64,000 nucleotides of DNA from an uncultured Candidatus Saccharibacteria bacterium. Its GTDB lineage: Bacteria > Patescibacteriota > Minisyncoccia > Phycocordibacterales > SBAW01. Each line of letters begins with the position of its first letter. The stretch's first letter is position 1. Both the position numbers and the translations under genes were made by a program. The DNA is taken from the NCBI GenBank assembly GCA_964650645.1, contig CAZYUH010000001.1, positions 347,032-411,031 of the forward strand, in the 5' to 3' direction. The notes below the pieces were generated by a model that was not told the origin of the DNA, searched no databases, and saw nothing but the letters and a program-made list of their open reading frames with translations. This document shows, in pieces, positions 1 to 12,305 of this stretch.

Positions 1-551
1 GCATCCGCTACACCGCTGACGGCTCGACCCCTAGCTGCTCCGTGGGCACCGTATACTCCGGCGCCATAACGGTAAGCGCAACAGAGACCGTGAATGCAAT
101 AGGCTGCGATACTGCTGGCAACGCATCGTCTGTCGCTTCGTTCGCCTACGTAATAGAATCAGCCTCGCGTAATCGCCGAAATGGCGGCGGAGGCGGGCGC
201 GTTTATGCGATCGCGGGCCCGGTTACGGCAACTACGCCAACGGTCCCGGTTGTTCCGGTAACGGGCACTACGGTTACAGGCGTCACGGTAACGGGCGGCT
301 CGGCAGCGCCTGCATTTGCCCGCAACCTCCAGGCAGGAATGAGCGGCACCGATGTCCAGGCCCTGCAAAAGTTCCTCAACGGCCGCGGCTTTATGGTCGC
401 GCTGGCCGGTCCTGGCTCGGCTGGGAATGAAACGACATTCTTCGGCGCTCTGACCAAGGCGGCGGTAGCCAAGTTCCAAGCGGCGAACGGAATCTCGCCT
501 GCGGTAGGATTTTTCGGCCCTATCACTCGCGCATTTGTGGCGGGAATGTAA
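1..551 (+). CDS. 5'-truncated surface protein: Fn3-associated/chitobiase-like domain, Gly/Thr/Pro linker, C-terminal peptidoglycan-binding domain
   Basis: Frame open from position 3 (IRYTADGSTP...YSGAITVSATETVNAI). C-terminus RNLQAGMSGTDVQALQKFLN...FGALTKAAVAKFQ...GFFGPITRA matches PG_binding_1. Confidence 0.8.
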   Translation, partial: IRYTADGSTPSCSVGTVYSGAITVSATETVNAIGCDTAGNASSVASFAYVIESASRNRRNGGGGGRVYAIAGPVTATTPTVPVVPVTGTTVTGVTVTGGSAAPAFARNLQAGMSGTDVQALQKFLNGRGFMVALAGPGSAGNETTFFGALTKAAVAKFQAANGISPAVGFFGPITRAFVAGM

Positions 552-567
552 TCCGCCAGTATCCTTA

Positions 568-595
568 AAAAACCGCCCCTCCCGGGGCGGTTTTT
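568..595 (+). terminator. Intrinsic terminator
   Basis: AAAAACCGCCCC-loop-GGGGCGGTTTTT. Confidence 0.8.
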
Positions 596-615
596 GTTTG
601 TGCTACCATGTGTGC

Positions 616-759
616 ATGAACTCGCGGCAAAAGAAGAGCTTCTCGGGCTTCCTGTTCGCGTTTATCGCCATTATCGCCGTAGGGTTCAGCATCCTTGTCT
701 GGGTGGGGCTTCGGGAGGACGCGATCGCGCCCGTTGACAACATAGCCCAGCCCAACTAA
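616..759 (+). CDS. Small single-TM protein (47 aa), probably leaderless
   Basis: TACCAT at 604-609, 6 nt, then ATG. MNSRQKKSFSGFLFAFIAIIAVGFSILVWVG has a basic N-terminus and a hydrophobic helix. Confidence 0.65.
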   Translation: MNSRQKKSFSGFLFAFIAIIAVGFSILVWVGLREDAIAPVDNIAQPN

Positions 760-762
760 AGT
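734..762 (+). promoter_or_regulatory. Sigma70-type promoter of rplJL
   Basis: TTGACA (734-739), 17 nt, TAAAGT (757-762). Confidence 0.65.
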
Positions 763-774
763 GGTGTCATAAGG

Positions 775-860
775 GCCTAAGAAAGCCGGTAGCCGCAAGG
801 CGTTAATTGGCGAAAGCCATCCGGCCGAGGTCGAACCCAAGCCCTTAAAGGGCATTTTTC
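775..860 (+). ncRNA. L10 leader (ribosomal protein autoregulatory RNA)
   Basis: CTAAGA...GCCGG...GCAA and GAAA hairpins with TTAA...CCGGC-CGAGGT directly upstream of rplJ, resembling the L10 leader family. Confidence 0.7.
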
Positions 861-889
861 GTGCCCGAACTACACATAGAGAAACACCT

Positions 890-1381
890 ATGGCGATTAC
901 CAAAGACAAGAAGGCGGAGATAGTAAAGAAGATAGAGGACATAGCGTCCAAGGCGAAGACCCTCGTATGGGTCCAGTTCAAGGGCCTTGACGTGGCCCAG
1001 CAGTCCGAGATGCGCAAGGCCCTGCGCGCGCAGAACGTCGGCTACACCGTAGCCAAGAAGACGCTTATGGAGCGCGGCCTCGCCAAGGCGGGGTACGAGG
1101 GCGCGGCGCCCGCGCTTGAAGGCGAGGTGGCAATGGCCTATGGCGAGGACGAGCTGGCGCCCGCGCGCGAGCTCGCGGTCTTCGTCAAGAAGTTCGGCGG
1201 CACGCTCAGCTTCGCGGGCGGCGTCTTCGGCGGCGCGTACGTCGATCGCGAGGGCATATCGGCCATCGCGGCCATTCCGGGCATGGAGGGCCTGCGCGGC
1301 ATGTTCGCGCAGGTCATCAACTCGCCGCGCCAGCGCTTCGCCGCAGTGCTCAGCGAGGTGGCGAACACTAAAAGCAACTAA
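890..1381 (+). CDS. rplJ: 50S ribosomal protein L10
   Basis: [12 protein letters not shown]...FKGLDV...RKALR...VAKKTL; adjacent to rplL. Confidence 0.95.
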   Translation: MAITKDKKAEIVKKIEDIASKAKTLVWVQFKGLDVAQQSEMRKALRAQNVGYTVAKKTLMERGLAKAGYEGAAPALEGEVAMAYGEDELAPARELAVFVKKFGGTLSFAGGVFGGAYVDREGISAIAAIPGMEGLRGMFAQVINSPRQRFAAVLSEVANTKSN

Positions 1382-1392
1382 CGAAAATTATC

Positions 1393-1752
1393 ATGTCTAA
1401 CGACCAGATCATCGAGGCAGTAGAGAAGATGACCGTGCTCGAGCTCAACACGCTCGTCAAGGCCATCGAGGAGAAGTGGGGCGTGTCGGCGGCCGCGGTA
1501 GCGGCGGCTCCGGCGGCGGGCGCTGCGGCGGGCGAGGAGAAGACCTCGTTCAACGTCCAGCTCGCCGACGCGGGCGCGCAGAAGGTCGCCGTTATCAAGG
1601 CGGTCAAGGACGCGCTCGGCCTCGGCCTCAAGGAGGCGAAGGACCTCGTCGATGCGGCTCCGACCATGCTCAAGGAGGGCATGAAGAAGGAGGACGCCGA
1701 CAAGCTCAAGGCGGCCGTCGAGGCGGCTGGCGGCAAGGTGGAGTTGAAGTAA
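1393..1752 (+). CDS. rplL: 50S ribosomal protein L7/L12
   Basis: [21 protein letters not shown]...EEKTSF...[13 protein letters not shown]...GGKVELK. Confidence 0.98.
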   Translation: MSNDQIIEAVEKMTVLELNTLVKAIEEKWGVSAAAVAAAPAAGAAAGEEKTSFNVQLADAGAQKVAVIKAVKDALGLGLKEAKDLVDAAPTMLKEGMKKEDADKLKAAVEAAGGKVELK

Positions 1753-1797
1753 GGAACTTTCCTCCCGCTCCGGCAGTTGCATAAGCGATTGCTGGTA

Positions 1798-1838
1798 ACA
1801 CAGCGAAAGCCCCGCGCTAGGCGGGGCTTTCGCTGTGT
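1798..1838. terminator. Long hairpin/terminator after rplL
   Basis: ACACAGCGAAAGCCCCGC-gctag-GCGGGGCTTTCGCTGTGT. Confidence 0.75.
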
Positions 1839-1877
1839 GCGATACTTGCGCTTGGATCATAAGGAGAGGAGTGCTTT

Positions 1878-2096
1878 ATGGGATTCCTTAAGGCGAGGGA
1901 TATTATTTCCGGAAAGGCGCCGGAGCCGCGGCAAAAGCTCTGCGGGTGCGGATGCGGCAAGGCGCTCGACCCCAGGGTCGATGGCGAGCGTCCGAAGATC
2001 GACGGCGGGGAAGTGAGGGAAGACTGCTATTACGAGTCCATTGGAAAGGAGGTTGAAGATTGTCCTATTGGCGTGCCTCGCATCAGGCGCGGGTGA
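1878..2096 (+). CDS. Small hypothetical Cys-rich protein (CGCGCG motif)
   Basis: AGGAG SD 6 nt before ATG; followed by a terminator at 2100-2131. Confidence 0.7.
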   Translation: MGFLKARDIISGKAPEPRQKLCGCGCGKALDPRVDGERPKIDGGEVREDCYYESIGKEVEDCPIGVPRIRRG

Positions 2097-2099
2097 ATG

Positions 2100-2131
2100 A
2101 GCCCCGGCCGGATCGGCCGGGGCTTCTTTTT
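2100..2131 (+). terminator. Intrinsic terminator
   Basis: AGCCCCGGCCG-gat-CGGCCGGGGCT followed by TCTTTTT. Confidence 0.8.
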
Positions 2132-2197
2132 ATCCCCACTTTTGCCCAAACGCCCCCGGTTGCGTACAATGCAGGGGTTGCTACCGCATCGCCTGAG

Positions 2198-2773
2198 ATG
2201 ACCGACCCGCTTATCAAACTCTTCGGGAGCCACGCCCGGCTCAAGCTCTTGCGGCTTTTCCTGTTCAACCCGTCCAAATCGTTCACCGCGGCCGACGCGG
2301 CGGCGCGCTCGCGCATTGGCGCGCCCGAAGCGCGCCGCGAGCTTCTTAACCTGGCGGCGGCGGGGCTCCTTAAAAAGGGGCGCACCAAGCTGACGCGCTA
2401 CGAGCTCAACGCCAAGTTTCCCTACCTGCAGGCGCTCAAGCAGCTCCTCCTTAATACCGCGCGCCGCGGCGACAGCGTGCCCGAGCGCCTGCGCGCGGCC
2501 GGCGGCATCAAGCTCATCATACTGACCGGCGTCTTCATGGGCGACGTGGAAGGGAGCTTCGACATGCTCATCGCGGGCGACCGCATCCGTGAGAGCGCCC
2601 TGCGCGAGAAGGTGAAGGGGCTCGAAGCCGAGCTCGGCCGCGAGCTACGCTACGCGCTCCTTTCCACCGCCGATTTTATGTACCGGCTCAATATGAACGA
2701 CAAGCTCGTGCGCGACGTGATGGACTACCCGCACCGCATCGTCTACGACCGCCTCGATATCGGCCTCAAGTAG
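2198..2773 (+). CDS. Winged-helix regulator fused to a degenerate nucleotidyltransferase-like domain
   Basis: LFGSHARLKLLRLFLFNP...ARRELLNLAAAGLL (wHTH); LTGVFMG...FDMLIAGD (MNT-like); promoter TTGCCC-17-TACAAT at 2142-2170. Confidence 0.65.
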   Translation: MTDPLIKLFGSHARLKLLRLFLFNPSKSFTAADAAARSRIGAPEARRELLNLAAAGLLKKGRTKLTRYELNAKFPYLQALKQLLLNTARRGDSVPERLRAAGGIKLIILTGVFMGDVEGSFDMLIAGDRIRESALREKVKGLEAELGRELRYALLSTADFMYRLNMNDKLVRDVMDYPHRIVYDRLDIGLK

Positions 2774-2885
2774 CCCGATCCTGCTATCCCCACGGGGGGT
2801 AGCGCGAGAGGCGCCGCTTGCTACAATTAATGAGGCGCCTGCGAGGGCGCGCTTTAATAGCATTACCATTAAATAGCATTTGCGT

Positions 2886-3569
2886 ATGATTCTTTCAGAT
2901 TGGGGAATGACGCTCCAGCAGTCCTTCAACAGCCTGCTCAGCGCGACCATAAGCTTCATCCCGAACCTCGTGCTCGCGATTATCATCTTCGTTATCGGCT
3001 GGTTCCTGGGCGTGCTCATCGGGCGCGTCATCGCGCAGGCCATCAAGGCCATCAAGGTCGACCACGCCTTGAAGTCCGCGGGCGTCGAAGAGGTGGTCAA
3101 CCGCGCCGGCTGGAACCTCAACGCCGGCGAGTTCATCGGCGCGCTGGTCAAGTGGTTCATCATCATCGTGTTCCTCCTTGCGGCGCTGTCCGCGATGGGC
3201 CTCACCTCGGTGACGCTGTTCCTCCAGTTCGGCCTCCTGCCGTACCTGGCGCGCGTCATCGTCGCGGTGCTCATCATTGCCATAGCGGCGGTCATCGCCG
3301 AGCTCGCGCAGTCGGTCGTGTCCGGCTCCGCCCGCGCGGCGGGCGTGCACTCGGCCGGCTTCGCCGGCACTGTGGCCAAGTGGGCTATATGGGTCTTCGC
3401 GATACTCGCGGCCCTCGACCAGCTCGGCGTCACGCCGTTCGTGCAGACCATCTTCACCGGCGTCGTGGTCGCGCTCTCCATCGCGTTCGGCCTCGCGTTC
3501 GGCCTGGGCGGTCAGGAGGCGGCGGCGCGCTTCATCGAGCGCACCCGCGGCGACATGAACGGCCGCTAA
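2886..3569 (+). CDS. Membrane protein with conserved TM-helix repeats (CmpX/MscS-TM-like)
   Basis: Two repeats (FIPNLVLAIIIFVIGW, YLARVIVAVLIIAIA) and C-terminal AFGLAFGLGGQEAA. Confidence 0.8.
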   Translation: MILSDWGMTLQQSFNSLLSATISFIPNLVLAIIIFVIGWFLGVLIGRVIAQAIKAIKVDHALKSAGVEEVVNRAGWNLNAGEFIGALVKWFIIIVFLLAALSAMGLTSVTLFLQFGLLPYLARVIVAVLIIAIAAVIAELAQSVVSGSARAAGVHSAGFAGTVAKWAIWVFAILAALDQLGVTPFVQTIFTGVVVALSIAFGLAFGLGGQEAAARFIERTRGDMNGR

Positions 3570-3612
3570 CCCGTATCCCTTTGCTCCAAGCCGTATCTCG
3601 GCAAGGTAAAGA

Positions 3613-3647
3613 GCGAAAAGCCGCCCCGGAAAGGGGCGGCTTTTCGC
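3613..3647. terminator. Intrinsic terminator
   Basis: GCGAAAAGCCGCCCC-ggaaa-GGGGCGGCTTTTCGC. Confidence 0.8.
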
Positions 3648-3684
3648 GCCGCCGCAGGCACCCCGGAGCCTTTATATGCATGGT

Positions 3685-3713
3685 TTGACACCCTATGGTC
3701 CCTGGTATATACT
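3685..3713 (+). promoter_or_regulatory. Promoter of the 23S-5S unit
   Basis: TTGACA (3685-3690), 17 nt, TATACT (3708-3713); downstream hairpin at 3787-3809 and boxA-like GTTCGTTGACAA at about 3832-3843. Confidence 0.75.
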
Positions 3714-4020
3714 CGTAAGTGCAGGTATATGTTTACGACTAAGCAACCCCACGTGCGGCGATAGCCAAGCAACCTGTGTTGCTGCTGTCCCGCGAGAGCG
3801 GGATTTTTTAGTCCAAAGCATCTGCGCCGACCGTTCGTTGACAATCTTCTTCCGTAACAAGAATTAGACACAAGCTGGCCCGCGGAGAAATTTCCCATCT
3901 GGGTCTTTTCAACTCCACGGAGTCAGAAAGGTAACGAAAATCAAAGCCCGCAGGAGCTAATCGGCCTGCGGGTACAACAACAGATTATTGCGGTTCTCAA
4001 GCTTCCTTCTCTCCACACAA

Positions 4021-7346
<3,326 letters not shown>

Positions 7347-7420
7347 GTGGAGAGTGGAGGTTTGAGCATCGCAATAATCTGTTGTTGGAGAAGTTTGTTA
7401 CCTATGTTGATTGAATATTG

Positions 7421-7539
7421 TGTTTTGGTGGCTTGGCGCCGGGGTCACACCCGTTCTCATTCCGAACACGGAAGTTAAGCTCGGTAGCGGCGATGGTAGT
7501 GCGGGTACAACCGTGCGAGAGTAGCTAGCCGCCAGAACA
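7421..7539 (+). rRNA. rrf: 5S rRNA
   Basis: CACACCCGTTCTCATTCCGAACACGGAAGTTAAG...GATGGTAGT...GAGAGTAG; terminal stem TGTTTTGGTGGC/GCCGCCAGAACA. Confidence 0.95.
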
Positions 7540-7574
7540 GGATATTCAATCAGCGCGCAAAATAGGAGACGTGC

Positions 7575-7718
7575 ATGGTAGAAGGCAGTCGGCTATTCGG
7601 CTGGATTATCATTGGAACACTCGTTCTTTTGGGTGCGGTGCTGGGGCGCTATCTTCACGCGCCTTCCGAAATAGCCGCAGGGCATTTCGCTCCGGCCCGC
7701 GTGCAGCAGCAAAAGTAA
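7575..7718 (+). CDS. Unlisted 47-aa single-TM protein between 5S and the rRNA terminator
   Basis: AGGAG (7564-7568), 6 nt, ATG; MVEGSRLFGWIIIGTLVLLGAVLGRYLHAPSEIAAGHFAPARVQQQK*. Confidence 0.55.
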   Translation: MVEGSRLFGWIIIGTLVLLGAVLGRYLHAPSEIAAGHFAPARVQQQK

Positions 7719-7722
7719 CGCC

Positions 7723-7768
7723 GCCCGGCTCTTTCAATCCGCCAAGATTGGAAGAGCCGGGCTTTTTT
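7723..7768 (+). terminator. Terminator of the 23S-5S transcript
   Basis: GCCCGGCTCTTTCAATC-cgccaa-GATTGGAAGAGCCGGGC-TTTTTT. Confidence 0.85.
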
Positions 7769-7785
7769 GGATATAGAATAGAGGC

Positions 7786-8526
7786 ATGGCACTTACGTGG
7801 AGCGGGCGGCGCAAGGCGCTGTATACCAGCGTAGCCGGAGTCATCGGGTTCATGATGCTCATCGTCGCGTACCAGGCGTTCTTCAGCGCGCCGCCCCTGT
7901 GCACGGACGGCAGGCAAAACGGCGACGAGCGCGGCGTGGACTGCGGCGGCTCGTGCGCGCTCGTGTGCTCACGCGACGCGCGCGCGCCGGTGGTGTCGTG
8001 GGCGCGCGCGTTCGAAACGGCGCCGCAGACCTACACCGCCGCCGCGTACGTGCAGAACAACAACCCCGGCGCGGGCGCGCGCCGCGTGGGCTACGCGTTC
8101 CAGCTCTTCGATGCCGACAACAAGCTCATCGTCGAGCGTACCGGCGCGGCGGACCTGCCGCCGGTGCCCACTATTCCCATCATCGAGCCGGGCATCAGCG
8201 TGGGGCACCGCACCGTGGCGCGCGCGCTGTTCTCGTTCTCGGCCGAGCCGGCGTGGGTAAGGGCGGGCGGGCTTCCGGCGCTCGCGGTGTCCGGCCAGAG
8301 GCTCGCCGCCGACGCTTCCCGGCTGGAGGCCACCATCTCAAACGACGCGTATTCCGACGCCCGCGCCACGGTGGCCGCGGTGCTGTTCGACGCAGACGGC
8401 GTGGCGCGCGCGGCGAGCAAGAGCACGCTCACCGTCCCCGCGCGCTCCTCGGCCCCGGTGGTGTTCACCTGGGGCATGCCCGCGGCGGGCGTCGTGCGGG
8501 GCGAGATAACCGTGCTTCCGCTCTAG
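7786..8526 (+). CDS. Membrane-anchored hypothetical protein with a Cys-rich CxDGxQNGDExGVDCGGxC motif
   Basis: N-terminal TM helix; CTDGRQNGDERGVDCGGSCALVC; TAGAAT, 6 nt, ATG. Confidence 0.8.
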   Translation: MALTWSGRRKALYTSVAGVIGFMMLIVAYQAFFSAPPLCTDGRQNGDERGVDCGGSCALVCSRDARAPVVSWARAFETAPQTYTAAAYVQNNNPGAGARRVGYAFQLFDADNKLIVERTGAADLPPVPTIPIIEPGISVGHRTVARALFSFSAEPAWVRAGGLPALAVSGQRLAADASRLEATISNDAYSDARATVAAVLFDADGVARAASKSTLTVPARSSAPVVFTWGMPAAGVVRGEITVLPL

Positions 8527-8569
8527 GCGCGCAGGGCATTCGGGGCCCGCTTCGGGTACAATGGCGCTT

Positions 8570-9712
8570 ATGATGCCAACCCTCGCCAAGGCAAAGGAGC
8601 GCGCCGTCGACTGGCTCGCGCTGGGGGCCGCCGCGCTCCTCTCGCTTCTGGGCCTCGTCACGATGAACTCGTTCGTGCCGGGCGACCCGTTCTTCGCGCG
8701 CCAGGCGGTCTGGATAGCCATAAGCATCGCGGTCTATTTCGGCGCGTCGATGGTCGACTGGCGCTTCCTGCGCCGGGGCTCGTTCGCGGCGTGGGCGTAC
8801 GCCGCGCTCATCGTGCCGCTCCTGCTCCTCTTGGCGCTGGGCACCGCTATAAAGGGCGCCAAGAGCTGGCTTTCATTCGGCAGCTTGGGCATCCAGCCGA
8901 TAGAGCTCGCCAAGCTCGCGCTCATCGTCGCGCTTTCAAAATACTTCTCGCGTCGGCACATCGAGATCCGCAACATCCGCCACATACTCGTCTCGGGGGC
9001 CTACGCGGCCATCGTGTTCGTGCTGGTAGCGCTCCAGCCGGACCTCGGTGGCGCCATCATCGTCGGGCTCATATGGTTCGGCATGGTGCTCGTCTCGGGC
9101 ATCTCGCGCAAGCATCTCCTGCTCGTGTTTGCGGGAGGGGTCGTCGCCTTCAGCGCGCTGTGGCTGGTGGGCCTGCACGACTACCAGAAGCAGCGCATCA
9201 TGACGTTCCTGCACCCGCTCGCCGACATCCATGGCGCGGGCTACAACGCCTACCAGTCCACCGTGGCGGTGGGTTCGGGCGAGCTTCTGGGCAAGGGCAT
9301 CGGCTACGGGACCCAGAGCAAGCTGCGCTTCCTCCCCGAATACCAGACCGACTTCATATTCGCCGCGTTCGCCGAGGAGTGGGGATTCGTCGGCATCGGG
9401 ATAGTCTTCTGCCTGTACGGCGTCGTGTTCTGGCGCATACTGCGCGCCGCCGGCAGGGGAGCGAGCAATTTCGAGACGCTATTCGCCCTGGGCGTGCTCT
9501 GCTACCTGAGCGCGCACTTCGTCCTTCATTCGGGCATCAACATGGGGCTCCTCCCCGTGACGGGCACCACTATTCCGTTCATGAGCTACGGCGGAAGCCA
9601 CCTCATTGCCGAGTACCTGGCGCTCGGCATGCTCGCCGGCATGAACCGCTACTCGCGGGCGACGCACCGCGAGATGCTCGACAGGGAGTTCTCGGGCGGC
9701 TACGACCGGTAA
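8570..9712 (+). CDS. rodA: Rod shape-determining SEDS protein RodA
   Basis: GAKSWL..IQPIELAK, QPDLG, YQKQRI, GYNAYQS..VGSG, FLPEYQTDFIF, P.TG..PFMSYGGS; start placed 7 nt after TACAAT. Confidence 0.9.
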   Translation: MMPTLAKAKERAVDWLALGAAALLSLLGLVTMNSFVPGDPFFARQAVWIAISIAVYFGASMVDWRFLRRGSFAAWAYAALIVPLLLLLALGTAIKGAKSWLSFGSLGIQPIELAKLALIVALSKYFSRRHIEIRNIRHILVSGAYAAIVFVLVALQPDLGGAIIVGLIWFGMVLVSGISRKHLLLVFAGGVVAFSALWLVGLHDYQKQRIMTFLHPLADIHGAGYNAYQSTVAVGSGELLGKGIGYGTQSKLRFLPEYQTDFIFAAFAEEWGFVGIGIVFCLYGVVFWRILRAAGRGASNFETLFALGVLCYLSAHFVLHSGINMGLLPVTGTTIPFMSYGGSHLIAEYLALGMLAGMNRYSRATHREMLDREFSGGYDR

Positions 9713-10677
9713 AGCCCGGCGGTCTGCCCGGCCATCCGCTCGAGCGTGAATTCGCCCATGTCCTGGGCGTCCAGTATCTCGCCGATGCCGCCGATGCGCG
9801 GCGCCTCTATGGGAAGCCCCGCCTGCCTGGCTTCCAGGAGCACGTAGGGGAGCCCTTCTTTGAGCGACGGGAGGGCGAATATATCGAAGCCCTTAAGCGC
9901 CTCTGCGGCCGGCATAAACCCGAAGAGCTTTACGCGGTCTTCGAGCTTGTACTCCCTGATTCTCTCTTCGAGCGCGCCGCGCAGCTCGCCCTCGCCGACA
10001 ATCGCCACGAACGCGCGGTCCCTGTGCGCCCGCTCTATGAGCGCCGCCTGGTTCTTGTTCCGGTTGAGCTCGCCTATGGTGCCTATGATGCGCGCGCCGG
10101 CGGGGAAGGCCGAGCGCACCGCGTCGCCGCTGCCGAGCTCCATGGGTCCGATGCCATTGTAAATGCGCGCCACCTTGCGCGCGACAAAGGGCATCTTGCG
10201 CGCCACTTTCGCGTCGAAGTCGGAAATGCATATGACGCGGTCGCACAGGAGCGCAGTGAGCCATGAGGCGGCCCAGATGAGCGCGCGCGCCGCCGTACTG
10301 CGCGGCTCCCAGAACGGCCAGCCGTGTGCGGTGAATACGACGCGCCTGGCGCCGGCGCACCATGCCGCAAGGGCGCCTATGCCGCCGGCCTTGCTCGAGT
10401 TGAGGTGCACGACGTCGGGGTTAATCTGGATGAACAGCCTGTACAGCTCGAAGAAGCTCTTGATGTCGGCTAAAAGCGAGACGTCGCGCTGGAGCGACGC
10501 GATGGGGCGCGTGGCTATGCCCGCCTCCTTCAGCCTTTGCGCGAGCAGGCCGGGCTGGCCGTACGCCACCGCCACGTCGAACTCGTCGCGGGGGAGCGAT
10601 GTCGCCAAATCGAACACGTAGCGCTGGGCGCCGCCCCAATTCGCTTTTGTTATAACGAAAAGAATCTTTTTTTTCAT
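9700..10677 (-). CDS. Glycosyltransferase family 4
   Basis: ITKANWGGAQRYV, PDVVHLNSSKAG, LPSLKEGLPYVLLEA. Confidence 0.9.
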   Translation of the reverse strand: MKKKILFVITKANWGGAQRYVFDLATSLPRDEFDVAVAYGQPGLLAQRLKEAGIATRPIASLQRDVSLLADIKSFFELYRLFIQINPDVVHLNSSKAGGIGALAAWCAGARRVVFTAHGWPFWEPRSTAARALIWAASWLTALLCDRVICISDFDAKVARKMPFVARKVARIYNGIGPMELGSGDAVRSAFPAGARIIGTIGELNRNKNQAALIERAHRDRAFVAIVGEGELRGALEERIREYKLEDRVKLFGFMPAAEALKGFDIFALPSLKEGLPYVLLEARQAGLPIEAPRIGGIGEILDAQDMGEFTLERMAGQTAGLYRS

Positions 10678-10829
10678 ACAAAATCAAATTGGGTCGGACC
10701 ACCTACGGCCGGTCCTGCCTTGCAGGACAACGGCCGTTGCCCGAAGGGCACCGGAGAAAACAAGGAGCAGTCCTTGTTTTCTCCCCAATTCGTTTTCGTT
10801 ATTACGTATAAAACTTTCCTTTTAGCCAT
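10674..10829 (-). CDS. Unlisted 51-aa upstream ORF whose first 16 residues duplicate the GT4 N-terminus
   Basis: TATACT, 8 nt, ATG; MAKRKVLYVITKTNWG versus GT4 MKKKILFVITKANWG; stop overlaps the GT4 start (ATGA). Confidence 0.55.
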   Translation of the reverse strand: MAKRKVLYVITKTNWGENKDCSLFSPVPFGQRPLSCKAGPAVGGPTQFDFV

Positions 10830-10882
10830 TCCGTTGTAGTATAGGCGAGCGAAGCCCGCGCCGCACGTAGTATAGTACCCCC

Positions 10883-12232
10883 ATGATTTCGATATTCCGC
10901 CCGAGGACGCTCGCCCTGTTCTTAGGCGACCTCTTTTTTTTCCATCTCGCGCTCTACCTGTCGCTGTACGCGCGCGCCCTCGAGCCGGTCCCGCGCGGGA
11001 CGTTCCTCGAGCACCTCTACCCGTTCTCCCTGCTTTTCGTCGCGTGGATACTCGTCTATTTCATCGCCGGGCTCTACGAATCGCGCTCCGTCATACTCGC
11101 GCGCCGCGCCCTCTCGGCGACCCTGCTCGTGGCGCAGACCGTCAATATGGGGCTTGCGGCGCTCTTCTTCTTTTTCGTGCCGCTGTTCGGCATCGCGCCC
11201 AAGACGCTTCTTGTCATCTACCTGGCGGTGTCGTTCCTGCTCGTCCTGTACTGGCGCGCGGTGCTGTTCCCGCTTATGGGGCTCCAGAAGACCGAGGATG
11301 CCGTGCTGGTGGGAACGGGTCAAGAGATAGGCGAGCTGGCCCGCGTCATGAACGGGGCGCACCGCGCGCCCGTGCGCATAAGCCGGGTGGTGCCCGCCGA
11401 GACCCCGGAGCTTTCGGGCGCCATAGTGGGGGCGATAGAGGGGACCGGAGCCCGCGTCATCGTGGCCGATTTTTCCGACGCCAGGGTGAGCGGGGCCTTC
11501 CCGCATATGTATAACCTCATCACGAGGGGGATACGTTTCGTTGACGCGCTTCCGGTGTACGAGGAGCTGTTCGGGCGCATTCCGCTTTCAGCGCTCAATG
11601 AGCAATGGCTGGCTCGCAATCTCAGCCGCTATTCGCAGACGTACTACGACGCGCTCAAGCGCCTGCTCGATATCATCGTCGCGGTCCCGGCGCTCTGCGT
11701 TTCCCTCGCTTTCTATCCGCTCATCATGCTCGCTATAAAGATAGAGGACGGCGGGCAGGCGCTCATTTCCATGCCGCGCGTAGGGAAGGGCGGCCGGGTG
11801 TTCAGCTTCTACAAGTTCCGCAGCATGACCGGCAACGACCACGGCAGGTACGGCGAGGAGGGCGCCTCAAAGCTCCGGGTGACCCGCGTGGGCCGCTTCA
11901 TCCGCGCCAGCCGGCTCGACGAACTGCCCCAGCTGTGGAACCTCCTGCGCGGCGACCTCTCGCTCATCGGGCCGCGCCCCGAACTGCCCGCGCTCGTGAA
12001 GCTGTACGAAGAGGAGATACCGTACTACGGCGTGCGCCACCTCATAAAGCCGGGCATTTCGGGCTGGGCCCAGCTTTACCACCACGCCGACCCGCACCAC
12101 AAAGCGGCCGTGGAGGACACGCGCGACAAGCTCTCCTACGACCTCTACTACCTCAAGCACCGCTCGCTCCTCCTTGACGTCGTGGTGGCGCTCAAGACCG
12201 TCCGCCGCCTGCTTCTGAAGGGTAACGCGTAG
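10883..12232 (+). CDS. Polyprenyl-phosphate glycosylphosphotransferase (WcaJ/WbaP-like)
   Basis: N-terminal TM helices; KRLLDI, YKFRSM, RVTRVGRFIRASRLDELPQLWN..GDLSLIGPRPE, KPGISGWAQ. Confidence 0.93.
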   Translation: MISIFRPRTLALFLGDLFFFHLALYLSLYARALEPVPRGTFLEHLYPFSLLFVAWILVYFIAGLYESRSVILARRALSATLLVAQTVNMGLAALFFFFVPLFGIAPKTLLVIYLAVSFLLVLYWRAVLFPLMGLQKTEDAVLVGTGQEIGELARVMNGAHRAPVRISRVVPAETPELSGAIVGAIEGTGARVIVADFSDARVSGAFPHMYNLITRGIRFVDALPVYEELFGRIPLSALNEQWLARNLSRYSQTYYDALKRLLDIIVAVPALCVSLAFYPLIMLAIKIEDGGQALISMPRVGKGGRVFSFYKFRSMTGNDHGRYGEEGASKLRVTRVGRFIRASRLDELPQLWNLLRGDLSLIGPRPELPALVKLYEEEIPYYGVRHLIKPGISGWAQLYHHADPHHKAAVEDTRDKLSYDLYYLKHRSLLLDVVVALKTVRRLLLKGNA

Positions 12233-12305
12233 CGCCGCGCGTGTACTTGCTTTTATAAAACTTTGTGGTATTTTGCTTATCAGTTGAACCTGGAAAGGAA
12301 TACTT

